Positions 41,666 to 55,467 of a stretch of 64,000 nucleotides of DNA are shown here, piece by piece. The number at the start of each line of letters is the position of its first letter. Positions within the stretch are counted from its first letter, which is position 1. The translations under genes and the position numbers were made by a program. The notes under the pieces were generated by a model, which saw nothing but the letters and a program-made list of their open reading frames with translations, was not told the origin of the DNA and did no database searches. The stretch is from Flaccisagitta enflata (Eukaryota): the NCBI GenBank assembly GCA_965153355.1, contig OZ231126.1, positions 12,648,001-12,712,000 on the forward strand, in the 5' to 3' direction.

Positions 41666-42223
41666 GTTGAAGTCACATCAAATTGTCTTGATTTTCGCTT
41701 CTTTTTAAATGAGTCGTACGACTGATTGATAAAGACACACCCCAGTGGCAGGAGTAAAGATCATTCATATTTTAACCATTAATCACGTATCGCAAATGTT
41801 CAGTCCTTTCATCATTTGTATGATGTTGAGCACACAGTCTGGAATATCACGCAAGGCTGACGATGAGAGTGGCAGGGCCCGTGGCCCCGGACTGTACCCT
41901 GGTAATCACCCGGCTTCATATAAGTTTGAAAAGTGTCCATGACTCCCATCACGCGATTAATTAATAATGTTTGCATAATTTCTGTGGTGTTCCTTGTGGC
42001 TCTAATATGTCTTAACCAATGCAAAAATATTGTTCTAATCTTTCATTCAAAAAAAAATCTTTTACTGATTAGTCAGTAAATAGCAGCAATATGGCAAATC
42101 TAGTTTGTCTCAGCAGACAGTTCAATCTTCGGCGATCGATTTTACAATTACTGCAATATGCAAATTAGAAAGAAGAAAACATTAAATTCAGTTATGTGAT
42201 GAAAATTCTTGAATGTGTGTTTA

Positions 42224-42319
<96 letters not shown>

Positions 42320-42551
42320 GCCCCCAGTGTGTTGATAAGCAATTCTAGTTTGCTTTGACTGCATGCGTGAGTCGATCTACTTACGCAAAATACGTGAACC
42401 ATTCGAGCACATGTGAAAGAACATTCGAAGGGGGGGGGGGGGGCATTAGGTATCGGTTTGTGAATTGGCGTGTGGATAAAAAATCAAATCCTTCTCTTGC
42501 CGTCAATTGCACGTCTAACTAAATCATGAGCACGTGTTCACAGGAGGGGAG

Positions 42552-42700
<149 letters not shown>

Positions 42701-42717
42701 GTCAGACAGACAGAGTC

Positions 42718-42748
<31 letters not shown>

Positions 42749-42926
42749 GACAGACAGACAAACTGACAAGAGAATGACTGACCAAAAGATGTAGCACAGC
42801 ACGCAAGTCAGGAAGATAAGTACATACACAGATATACAGATTAACAGACAGTCAAACAAACAGAAGGCCTAAAAAACTGGGTACAGACAGACAGGAGGAT
42901 AAACAGACATACATGTATACAGAAAC

Positions 42927-42992
<66 letters not shown>

Positions 42993-43209
42993 AATAGAGG
43001 CACGTGACATGGTTTAACGCACGTGTTGTCCGTCTGTTGGCCATGAAACAGTTTTTTTGAATATTCTCACGCGGTTTTTCGGTTGTCGTTGGTTGTTGCT
43101 GTTGTTGTCGTTGTTATTTTTTTCTTCTGAGTATCTGGCTATTTCACAGATTAATCGACCAAATGATTGATTGATTGATTAATTGATTGATTGATTGATT
43201 GATTGATCA

Positions 43210-43257
<48 letters not shown>

Positions 43258-43990
43258 ATTGATTGATTGACTGATTGATTGATTGAGTAATTCATTGACT
43301 GAATGATTGATCGATATATGTATTGAATATTAGCAGAATTGATCAACTGATTTATTCAACGATTTGATTTTTGATTTGGTTAATCTATGGTGTATTGGGT
43401 TGATAAAATGATAACTGATGGTGACTAATGGTTCCTGATCAAGTAAGTCATTGGTTGATTGAATAATGAATTGATAGAAACGATTTAGTCATAGAGTGAT
43501 CAACTGAAAATCGATGAATGAATGAATCAATCATTCAATCAATAAATTAATGAGTGAATGAATAAATGAATAAATGAATGAATCAATGAATGAATGAATC
43601 AATGAAAGAATGAATGACTCAATGAATGAATGAGTGAATGAATGAATGAATGACTGAATGAATGAATGAATGAATGAATGAATGAATGAATGAATGAATG
43701 AATGAATGAATGAATGAATGAATGTATGAGTGAATGAATGAATGAATGAATAAATAAATGAATGAATGAATGAATGAATGAATAGATGAATGAATGAATG
43801 AATGAATAAAAATGATGAATGAATGAATGAATGATTGAATGAATGGATGAATGAATGAATGAATGAATGAATGACCGATGTATAGTTAACAGGAGATATG
43901 ACCACGTATTTGGCTTTCAATGAAGATAAAAGGCAGAATTTGGCTTTTCTTCATCAGAAAAAGGTCACAAATAAAAGGTTCCACACACAC

Positions 43991-44070
<80 letters not shown>

Positions 44071-44654
44071 TATTTCATTCATTCTCATTCAATGGATTTT
44101 TTTTCTAGATTTGCAATCCCTCATAAGTTAATCATGTCATAACTGATCTTTTTATTCTTGGTCGATTCCCAACGCGATTTCCTCACTGCCCCGCAAATGG
44201 AAAAGGTTTGAAACACGACATATGTTTTTAGTTATGGAACAATTCGAAGCGACAATTCTAAACATTTCTATGTGTGTTTTTTTTTTCTGACTACTTAACA
44301 GAACATCATTGCTAGCATTATTGCCTATAAAAGGCATCTTGAGTTTTACTTTTGTACCCATTACAAGAATTGAAGAACAATTCACAAGTGAAGGCAGAAT
44401 TTCAATCCTACTGCTTATGGGGTTAAAAGAATATACACAATTGATCAATCAATGAACAAAAGGGGCAAGAAATAACTGTTCGTATGAAATTTTAACAAAC
44501 AAACGAACCCTAAAACTGAGAATCTTCAGGTAGAGAGAAAAATGAAATATGAAAAAAAGGCGAAAAAAGGAAACATGGATTCCTTTGAAAAAAAAACTAG
44601 AGTCAAACAACGCAAAAACAGGAATTACCAATGTTTCCAGAGGCCTTCTCTCTC

Positions 44655-44692
<38 letters not shown>

Positions 44693-44819
44693 GTAGCACC
44701 ATGGTTTCGCGTATCCTAGAAACGAAACAAATGAGGAACTCAGTGATGGCCGGGAGAGAATTCAGAAAACAAGGGGTAAACAAAAATGAACCAACGAAAT
44801 CACAAATCAATCTCCTGCT

Positions 44820-45625
44820 TTTGGGCAGCGGCCCCGGAGGGGCCGATGACCTATGATTCCAAATTTTCCGGTTTCCGTCCGTCCGTCCGTCCGTCTGCCC
44901 CCCCCGAGCCTAGAAAATAACCTCCTGGGCCTCAAAATAGGCCTTTCAGACCCCCAATCAGGCCTATCAGATCCCAAATCAGAGCTTCCAGACCCTAATC
45001 TAGGCCTCTCAGAGCCTCAATCAGGCCTTTCAGACCCCAAGTCAGGCTTTCCAGACCTCAAATTAGGCCTCCTGAATCCTAACCAGGCCTCTAAGAACCC
45101 CAATCAGGCCTTTCAGATCTAAAATCAGGCCTTGACAGACCCCTTATCAGGCTTTTTGAGCCTCTGATCAGGCCATCCAGACCTCAAATCAGGCCTCTCA
45201 GACCCTAATTCAGGCATTTCAGTACTTAATTCAGTTCTCTCAGATCCAAATCTGGCCTTTCAAACCCAAAATCAGATCTTTGAGACCTCAAACTAGGCCT
45301 ATCAGACCCACATCAGCCCTTCCCAGCCTACAAACAGGTCTCCAACCCTGAATTAGACCCAAGATCAGGCCTCTAAGCTCCAAAACAAGCTTCTGAAACC
45401 TCTCAGACCTCAAATCAAGCATCTTAGACCTTAAATCAGGCAACTAAGACCTCAAATCAGGCTATTTAGACCCAAAATTAGGTATTAAAGACCCAGCAAT
45501 TGTCCAGCATGGAATCATAGGTCATCGGCCCCTCCGGGGCCGCTGCCCCACTCATCATCTAATAATAAAATAAACTAACATAGGGGCATCGGGTACCGCT
45601 GACCATGTAACGCTTTTGCGACTAT
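44820..45625 (+). mobile_element. DINE-1-like family A copy (mirror 26120-28280, expanded by two nested insertions)
   Basis: gggcagcggccccggagggg / cccctccggggccgctgccc, degenerate 21-bp repeats, tail gctgaccatgtaacgcttttgcgact. Confidence 0.7.
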
Positions 45626-45677
45626 TTATACTGCACTTTTTCAGTTTTCTTCTTCTTCACATTTTTTTTCTTCTTCT

Positions 45678-45724
<47 letters not shown>

Positions 45725-47176
45725 TTCTTCTTCTTTTTCTTTTTCTTTTTCTTTTTCTTTTTCTTCTTCTTCTTCTTCTTCTTCTTCTTTTTGTCTTTCC
45801 TTCTTCTCCTTCTTCCTCTTTTTCTTCTTCTTCTTCTTCTTCTTCTTCTTCTTCTTCTTCTTCTTCTTCTTCTTCTTCTCCTTCTTCTTCTTCTTCTTCT
45901 TCTTCTCCTTCTCCTTCTCCTTCTTCTTCTTCTTCTTCTTCTTTTTCTTTTTTTCCTTCTTCTTTTTCCCTCTTTACCTCCTCCGTCATGTTGATTTCCT
46001 TCCTTTCCTTTTCCTCCTCGCCCTATTTTCCGCCATATTTGCGTTTCCCTGCCATTTCCATTTTGCCGTGTCTCCTTTCTTGCTTCTTCAGCCGTTGAAG
46101 TCGTCGTTTTTTGCTCATTTCTTCGCTCATTTTTCCGCCCTCGTTGCTCAGACGTGATTTTTGGGGTGGCAATTTGTCACCCAGAATTGGGACCAAAAAA
46201 GAATAACCAAGAAAGAAGAAAATTCACGTTGAAAAACCAGAAGACCGAAACCATGGAAAAAACAGGAATGTGAAAAAGAAAAAAAAAACGAAATAAGTAG
46301 GGAAAAATGAAAATGAACATGGAACACAAAATAGAAAGAAGAATAAAAAGAAGAAAATTAGGGCCCCCAAGGCTTAGTGAGCAGAGCCAGTGAGCTGCTT
46401 ACAGTCGGGAAGGGAGGGAAAAAAGAGAAAGAGAATGTGTTGTACCCTAATTTGCATGAAAGCGTAACGATCTCACGAAAACAAGCTTCGCATGAAAAAC
46501 AAGCAAGGTGAACTTTTTTCTTTCCTGTTTCCAATCTTTTGTCTCCTTGGCATACGGAGTCATCTTTCTTTTATCTTTTTTCTTTTGTTTTTTTTTTTCT
46601 TTGGTTGCCGAGGACATTATTTCATTCAAGTTTTTTTCAATTTAGCCCAAACAGATAAAAGTCATACTTTGCACATGTTTTTTATTTGTTTATTCTTTGA
46701 ATGCTTCTGTAAATCGAAATTGAACGTTCTTGTGACGTTACCATCTTCTTTACTAATCATTAGATAGCTCCGTGATACAGGTCATGAGTTTACATAATCG
46801 CCCACCGGCTCTAACATTACCTCTATCTGTCAGCGAGCTAAAATACATGCTTGATAAATAATTGCACAGTTTAATTACTGTGCTCTTGACCGCTAGTTAC
46901 CATAAAGATAAACTTCCAGAATTATGATGATAGACTGCAGTTTTTAGTCGCGTGCACGCGACTCTACACCCTGCTTTGTCCGTCCGTCGATTGGTCGATC
47001 CGTCAGTCGGTTGGTTGGTCCCTATTTTACTTTTTTTATCAGTTTTATTTCTTTAAGTCATTTAAAGTCATTTTAGGGTAAACTAAGTCATTCTAGGTCA
47101 TTCTAAGTCACGCGACATACAGGTGTTGGCCTTTTTTTTTAGAAGAACTGCCGGGATTCAAGAATCTATGAAATGG

Positions 47177-47688
47177 TCGGGTGTGTCAATATGCAAAAGG
47201 ACTTCTGATCAGCTCATCATCATCAGGGAGTATAAAGTCACTAATTACGAGACACTTACCATTTTTATTTTTTTCAATTTCAGTCATCTTCCGTTTTTTT
47301 AGCGTATGTAAAGATTGTCAAAAATATATGTACTTTTAGCAACTGTACCCAGTTTTGTTGAAAATGAGACTGTTATATCATTTAGAAAATCATATTTTTT
47401 CTATTACTAAGTCTTCTTCTATAAAAGCAGAAGATTTTCATTAATTTTTCAAAGTATTAGGAATAAGAAAACCAATGGGTTTTGATTAATTTCCTTATCA
47501 TCAATAATCCAGGTGCAAAACCAGCTGCACTACAATATACAAATTAGGGGCTAAATAGGGATTTAGAAAAAAACGGAAGATGAATGAAATATGAAAAAAA
47601 AAATGGTAAGTGTCTTAGAATTAATGTCCCAACACTCCCTGATGATGATGATCTGATCAGAAAACCTTTTGCATATTGACACACCCGA
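47177..47688. mobile_element. MITE with long TIRs and 9-bp TSD (Mutator-like), right arm only
   Basis: tcgggtgtgtcaatatgcaaaagg / ccttttgcatattgacacacccga, IR extends >100 bp imperfectly; TSD atgaaatgg. The left arm (~24650) lacks the element plus some flanking bases. Confidence 0.8.
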
Positions 47689-47943
47689 ATGAAATGGTTT
47701 ATACGCCCTTCGCATTAATCCCAACCTCCACCATACTATACTACCCCCTCCCCTTTTCCGTTCCTCTGACATTCATCCCGACCCCCAATCACCACTTTAG
47801 CCCCCCACCCCGACGAATATCTACCCTTCAATTACCATGAAATAGTAATGAATGAGAGTCGGAGATTTTTGAGACCTTCAAATGTGAACTCAATTTTTGT
47901 CTTTCATGAGATTGTGAGAACATACTCTCGTGATGAAAGAGGA

Positions 47944-48038
<95 letters not shown>

Positions 48039-48662
48039 AACAGGTCGCCCAAGGGCAATATGTGGTCGGCGATACCCGTTGCCCTGCTTTGCATGAATGT
48101 TAGATGGAGTAAGAGGAAGCAGGGCAGCGGCCCCAAAGGGGACGAAATCCTGTAGAACACAGGGGGACTTTTGTTCATCATTCCGTCCGTCCATCCGACC
48201 GTTCCAAGCCCTTCAGCCCTGAAACTGCCTCCTGAGAGGACAGATTTCAGGCCTGAGAGGGCAGATTTCAGGCCTGAGAGGGCAGATTCAAGGCCTGAGA
48301 GGGCAGATCAAAGGCCTGAGAGGGCAGATTTAAAGCCTGAGAGGGCAGATTTCAGGCCCAAGAGGGCAGATTCAAAGCCTGAGAGGGCAGATTTCAGGCC
48401 TGACAGGTTAAATTTCAGGCCTGAGAGGGCAAATTTCAGGTCTGAGAGGGCCTAGGGGGGACAAACAGACGAACGGACGGAATGACGGAATGACGAACAA
48501 AAGTCCTCCTGTGTACTACAGGACTTCGTCCCCTTCAGGACCGCTGCCCAAAAAGGAAATAGACAGAGGCAGACTGAAAAGCTGATAGAAAAAAAAAGAC
48601 ATGTGTACAGCAAGATGTACAAAAAGAAAGACAGACAGACAGACAAACAGACACACACAGTC

Positions 48663-48737
<75 letters not shown>

Positions 48738-48829
48738 GTGTGTTTTTTTAACATACGCCGCGGCGTCGGTCGGGTAAATCTCTCACAGTGATTCCACCTC
48801 AATTCCATGCATCTCTCTCTCTCTCTCTG

Positions 48830-48918
<89 letters not shown>

Positions 48919-50039
48919 CGCCTCCCTGTCTCTATTCATTCATAGTCTCATTCTATTTAATGCCATCCATCCGATGCCATCCCTCCAATGACATCACCGT
49001 TGGTGCCATTCATCGCGCTCCATCAATGGTGATGCCATTTCAACCTTTAGTTATTCAATGAGGGGAAAATTGAATATAAATGACATTCGAGAAGGAATAA
49101 AATTTAGAGACGCGAAAAAAAAGGAGGGAAGGAGATGAGGAGGGGAAAGGAAGATGAGCAGAAAGAAGAAGAAGAAGAAGAAGAAGAAGAAGAAGAAGAA
49201 GAAGAAGAAGAAGAAGAAGAAGAAGAAGAAGAAGAAGAAGAAGAAGAAGAAGAAAAAGAAGAAGAAGAAGAAAAAGAAAAAGAAAAAGAAAAAGAAAAAG
49301 AAAAAGAAAAAGAAAAAGAAAACGAAAAAGAAAAAGAAAAAGAAAAAGAAATAGAAAAAGGGGAAGGTAGAGGAGAAAAGGGAGAAAAGGAAGAAGAAAC
49401 AAGCTTATTGATAAAATTCGATTGCTTGAATTACATCACACTCATTCAACTTATTGAATTAAGATAGATGCAAAGATGAGTTAATGATACAAAAAAAGAA
49501 TCATCAGCACAAGGTGAATATTCATCAACATTGATTAGTCCCGTCAAACATAAATTAGTTCGCATACCAGAAGGGATCTCCATCTCCAAGGAAGATTGGC
49601 AATATAATCGATCTGTTTGCCGTCTTGTTAATCCACGCTGCAATTAATATCGTAGAAGTACGCAATTTTGGAAAATTATGGTAATCAAAACTGTTGTCAT
49701 GGCTCAATGAAAGCTCCCTGCATTAATTGACGGACACTTAGAAATTTAGAATATTCTGATTATTGCAGCTGAAATCTGATCACTTCATTGTCGGTTTAGA
49801 CGAAAGCTGGTGACGGAAAGGTGTCTTTAATGGTCTTGTTTTCTTGACATGGTCCATTTTTCACAAAACGGTGATGATTCTTCTTGAGTTCAGCTTCATT
49901 CAAAATTTTAGCGTTCGAAGAATGTTAAACTGGCTCAATAAATGAGACTTACAAAGAAAGCAATAAACCGTCCTTGTTGCTAATCACAACCACGACACTA
50001 TTAAATCGTTATAAGATAGTTGAACACAGTTCTAACTAA

Positions 50040-50499
50040 GGGCTCGTTTCAGTCAGAGACAATCGCGTTTTTAGTCGCGTGCTACGCGACTCTACAACCC
50101 GCTTTGTCGGTCCATCCGTCGGTCCGTCCGTCGGTCCGTCCGTCGGTCCGTCCGTCCGTCACACTTTACTTTTTTTGGGTTTTTGCGGTTTTTGGCCTCA
50201 CTGCTCCTGCCCAAATGGTGGAGTGACCTCAATTATGGCCCCTGCCCACCCGCACGCGACTTGGGTAGCCGTGTATCCGGCCTTGTTAACTGGCCACTTG
50301 GTTGCGCTACGTTCGTTTGTTTGCTTGCACTGTTCACTCCACTTACTCCGCTCAGTCACTTTGCAGTGCTCCGCGTCACTACACTTGCTCCACTCACAGG
50401 CTTCCTCACTTACTTTGCTCACTCCTTGAATATGTGTTCACGCTGTGAACGCGTTTCACAGGAGCAGACGCGTTTTTCATCTTCATCAGAATCTCAACC
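50040..50499. mobile_element. Older copy of the same Harbinger-like MITE with a nested DINE-like element (mirror ~21845-22308)
   Basis: Shares diverged blocks with 60222-60488 (gctacgttcgtt, ttgaatatgtgttcac, cgcgtttcac); interrupted at ~50067-50288. Confidence 0.6.
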
Positions 50500-50527
50500 T
50501 TAGGGGTTTCCTGTCGGCGAAACTTTG

Positions 50528-51849
50528 ATGATGGCATACATATTCTGCGCGATACTTTCTGTGCTTCTTATAACCATAGCAGGTAAAGTGTACATATAAT
50601 AGACGCATAGATTTGTGATGATTAATTAAACAAAGGAGTTATGTTGACTGTTCTGAGAAAGAGTAGACTAGACATTGACCATAAGGATCGGTGGATTAAA
50701 AGGAGCGATAGGAAGAAATTGAGTCTAATGTCGCTTTTATTTATCACCAATGCATTGGTTCGTCAGTCACCCAGCGGTTGTTGATAAAATCTTTATTTTT
50801 TGTATCACATGAATTAACTGATTGTTTTTCATCCATTTATTCTCGTATCAAATCCTTGACTCTTATCATTGAATCATCAGTTCATTCAAACAAACATTCA
50901 TTCATTTCTTTTTTTTAAGAATCGGCTCCCGTCACAAGAACAACCGCGGCAACGGCAGAAAAGAACAACTCAACAACAGCAACAACAACAACAACATTGC
51001 CAACGTTGCCACCAACAACACCATACCCAGACTATATCGACTATACCTATTATGACGATTATGACTACACGACTCCTCCTCCTGACGAAGAACCTGAAAT
51101 AGTTTACTGCGAATACGAGGATATCTATGGTCACCCACCGACCACAACCACTGACTATCCACCGCATGACCACACAACACCGGAAGAACCTCCCACACCA
51201 ACACCACCACCACTATCAACAACTACAACAAAGGATAAAACAACTACAACGACGACCAGCGAACCTTACAAACCTGAGATCTTGAAGCACGGGATTTGCG
51301 CGACATCTCCGGACCTACCCTGCTGTCGGGCGACTCGGGAGGCATATTACCAAATCTACGGTGATGATTATATCGCCGATGTGTCATTCCCGGACTGCGA
51401 CGCGGATGGATATTTTGCGCAATTTCAATACTCCTGGATGGGAATTCATTGCGCCGATCGGGAAACTGGAGCGTGGGTCCAAGGGTGGTACAGGGTAAGT
51501 AGCTTTTAGCTTTTGTTTTTGTTTTTGTTTTTGTTTTTGTTTTTGATTTTGTTTTTGTTTTTGTTTTTGTTTTTGTTTTTGTTTTTGTTTTTGTTTTTGT
51601 TTTTGTTTTTTGTTTTTGTTTTTGTTTTTGTTTTTGTTGTTTTTTTTTGTTTTTTTGGGGGGGGGTTTTTGTTTTGTTTTGTTTTTTTGGTTTTTGGTTT
51701 GGTTTTTGTTTTTTCTTTGGTCAGTTTAGAAACTAGGTTCTACTTTGTTGACTTGGCGTTCTTCGTTTTCCCAGGGACGACTGGTTTGGAACGCGGATTC
51801 AACAGAGGATTTCTCGTGTGTAGGACCTACAACTACTCGTCGGCCGTGA
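50528..51849 (+). CDS. Secreted mucin-like / thyroglobulin type-1 domain protein, 234 aa; join(50528..50582,50920..51494,51775..51849)
   Basis: Exon 1 MMAYIFCAILSVLLITIA (signal-peptide-like) ends G|gtaaag (phase 1). Exon 2 follows ttttttaag (phase 1), reads ESAPVTRTT..PDYIDYTYYDDYDY..LPCCRA..FPDCDADGYFAQFQYSWMGIHCADRETG..WYR and ends AGG|gtaagt (phase 0). Exon 3 follows ttttcccag and reads GRLVWNADSTEDFSCVGPTTTRRP*. Total 705 nt, phases consistent. The P-x-C-x3-G-x-F-x3-Q...C-x-D-x3-G...C pattern matches a thyroglobulin type-1 repeat. Confidence 0.85.
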
Positions 51850-52082
51850 ATCATCATCGTTACCGACCACGCCGACTACACCGATGAACCATTGCTGATC
51901 AGTAACTCAATCCCACTGAGGAACCCAAACCACACTGATAAAACTGTGACTGTGACAGATGCCCATAGAAACTAACTAACCTTTGAAATGCCACCGACGA
52001 CTCTTTCACTGCTGCTTCTACAAATTCTCCATCTGCCCTCTGGTGCGCATGATATGGTAGGCGTGATTCCTGCCAGAATGGC

Positions 52083-52088
52083 AATAAA
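52083..52088 (+). promoter_or_regulatory. Candidate polyadenylation signal AATAAA (mirror near 19225 on minus strand)
   Basis: AATAAA ~235 nt after the stop at 51847-51849, kept in both copies. Confidence 0.4.
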
Positions 52089-52699
52089 AGCAGAAATATC
52101 AGATTGGCGTCAAATGAAGGAATTTTTTGAATGGCTTTCTGACGGTCTTATGCTTTGATGAGTTTGATTGAGTTTTAATGGCTTTATCTACTATTCAAAA
52201 GAGCGCCTTTGTTTTCAATTCATGAAGTAATTATGATTCTATTCCTTTTGCTTGGTTCAATTCAAAGCACCAGCTTCTTGTTGGTCCTCTCCGTGAAATT
52301 TGCGACCGCCTTTGCCGAATTAACAAGGAACCCTTTTTATAAAAAAAAAAAAGAAAATATGGTTGAACTAGCGTGTCAACACTGCACTCAATGACGTTAG
52401 CGGCTTCATGCCACTTCTTAGTGCTAACCAATCATTGGGCCGCTTTAATCACCGATTCGTTGTCATTGTGAAGAAATAAAGAAATTTAGAATTGTTAAAT
52501 CTTATCTTTTTTATACCGTATCTGAATCTGCTATTAGGTTTTTTTAAGTTTAAGTTTTCCAACAGTATTTCTATGTGATACTAAGCAATGAGATATTGAA
52601 ACTGGATATTTTTTGATAGTTAAGGATCAAACTCTAATTATGCACCGTATTTATAAAAAAAAATGTAGTCTTTGTTTGCGTTTTTTTAGCACGTCTTTC

Positions 52700-54215
52700 T
52701 CTATCAGTCATTTCAAATTCATTCCCTAGTTATCTAGTGTTGATTTATTCAGAGACAGACAGACAGTCATTCCTAATCGATCTCATCCTTATTTAGTGTT
52801 GATTCATAGAGACACAGACAGTCATTCCAAATCGATCTCATTCCTATCTAGTGTTGATTCATAGAGAGACAGATAGAGAGTCCTTTTAAATCGATCTCAT
52901 CCTTATCAAGTGTTGATTCATAGAGAGACAGACAGACAGTTATTTTAAATCTATATCATCCTTATTTAGTGTTGATTCATGGAGAGAGACAGATAGTCAT
53001 TCCAAATCGATCTCATCCTCATTTAGTGTTGATTCCAGGCCTGTATATTCTTGAGTTTTCCCCCCCCCCGGTGGGGGGGGGGAAAAAATCAAAGGGTCTG
53101 GAGATGGGGAAGGAAATCTAAGGGGGAAAAAAGAGAAAAAAAGGAAATTTGAGGAAAATATAACTTTTTACAGTACCAAATCATAAAACTCAATTAGTAG
53201 AACACAATTTAACACTATTTAAACCTTAACTACATAGTTTTATTGCTATATGGGGAAGAAAATCATGGATATAAAAACGCGACGCGACGCGTCGCGGGGA
53301 AGAAAATCAAAGGCAGGGGGGGGAAAAAAATCAAAAGCGACTCAAGAATATACACCCCTGGTTGATTCATAGAGAAACAGACAGTCATTTCAAATCGATC
53401 TCATCCTTATTTAGTGTTGACTCATAGAGAAACAGACAGTCACTCCAAATCGATCTCATTCCTATCTAGTGTTGATTCATAGAGAGACAGATAGAGAGTC
53501 CTTTTAAATCGATCTCATCCTTATCAAGTGTTGATTCATAGAGAGACCGACAGACAGTTATTTTAAATCTATATCATCCTTATTTAGTGTTGATTCATGG
53601 AGAGAGACAGATAGTCATTCCAAATCGATCTCATCCTCATTTAGTGTTGATTCATAGAGAAACAGACAGTCATTTCAAATCGATCTCATCCTTATTTAGT
53701 GTTGACTCATAGAGAAACAGACAGTCATTTCAAATCGATCTCATCCGTATTTAGTGTTGACTCATAGAGAAACAGACAGTCATTCCAAACCGATCTCATC
53801 TTTATTTTGTGTTGATTCATAGAAAAACAGACAGATAGTCATTTCAAATCGATCTCTGCCTAATTAAGTGTTGTTTCCATCCTTATTTATTGTTGATTCA
53901 TAGAGACACAGACAGATAGTCATTCCAAATCGATCTCATCCTTATTTAGTGTTGATTCATAGAGAAACAGACAGTCATTTCAAATCGATCTCATCCTTAT
54001 TTAGTGTTGACTCATAGAGAAACAGACAGTCATTCCAAACCGATCTCATCTTTATTTTGTGTTGATTCATAGAAAAACAGACAGATAGTCATTTCAAATC
54101 GATCTCATCCTAATTAAGTGTTGTTTCCATCCTTATTTAGTGTTGATTCATAGAGACACAGACAGTACAGATAGTCATTCCAAATCGATCTCATCCTTAT
54201 TTAGTGTTGATTCAT
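52700..54215. repeat. ~60-bp minisatellite, expanded copy
   Basis: Reverse complement of the 17963-18600 unit, interrupted by the hAT MITE. Confidence 0.9.
53036..53360 (-). mobile_element. hAT MITE, same family as 29611-29937, inserted in minisatellite; right arm only
   Basis: Near-identical reverse complement of 29611-29937; perfect 8-bp TSD gttgattc (53028-53035, 53361-53368). Confidence 0.92.
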
Positions 54216-54452
54216 GGTGAATGATGATCATCTCCTTAATTCGTGAGGTGGAAGCTTAAATGGGGATGAAGAAACTGCAGAAGGGACGACCCATTCATCC
54301 TTATCTCCTTCTCCTGCTCTTCCTCCTCCTCTTCCTCCTCTTCCTCCTCCTCATTTAGCTCGTCTTTCTTTTTCATTTGCAAACTCTTGCCTATTTATCT
54401 GTGCTTAACGTTCCTCACTGCGTCAACATTACCCCATCACGCTAGCCTCGCC

Positions 54453-54492
<40 letters not shown>

Positions 54493-55250
54493 TTCACCTC
54501 CCGTATCTCCTATTCCTTTCCCCTTCTCATCCGCAACTCTGACAGTCCTTACCCTCTCCCCCCCCCTCCCGAGCCTAATTTCAAGCATGGTTTTAGTCGC
54601 GTGCTACGCGACTCTACACCCCGCTTTGTCGGTCGGTCCGTCGGTTCGTCCGTCCGTCTGTTGCATTTTTCTTCTTTGGGGTTTGTGCAGTCTTTAGCCT
54701 CACTGCTCCTGCCCAAATGATCAATCGACCTCAAATACAGCCCCTGTCTACCTGCGCGCGACTGGGTTCGCCGTGTGTCCGGTCTTGTTTCGTTTTTAGT
54801 CGCGGACAAGCGACTCTATAAGAGGCTTTGTCCGTCCGTCCGTCCGTTGGTCCGTCGGTCCGTTGGTCCGTCGGTCCATGGTGATCGAGTTTGAAAGTGT
54901 GAAAACGCGCATTTCCGCCCCTGCCCACCCGTCCGCGACTGGTATTGGCCGTGTATCCGGCCTTGTTGACTTGTTACCCATCCGTCCCTCCTTCTGTCGG
55001 TGACGGTTGAAAAATGAATTGGTCTGTAATGGAGAAGAATACTGGTCTGTAAAAATACTGCATCAACTTTGGTCTATAAAATGATGCACCATTGCTCCAT
55101 AGTGTGACGGCAGGACGTGGACAAATTGTTACGCCTCCGAAAAGTTAGCTGTTCCATCTATTTCTAGTAAATCCTATCAGTCAATGAAAAGAGAGACGCC
55201 GCGCCTAATTATTGATCGATAAGATCGTCCGATTGTTTTGCTGTCAATGG

Positions 55251-55467
<217 letters not shown>

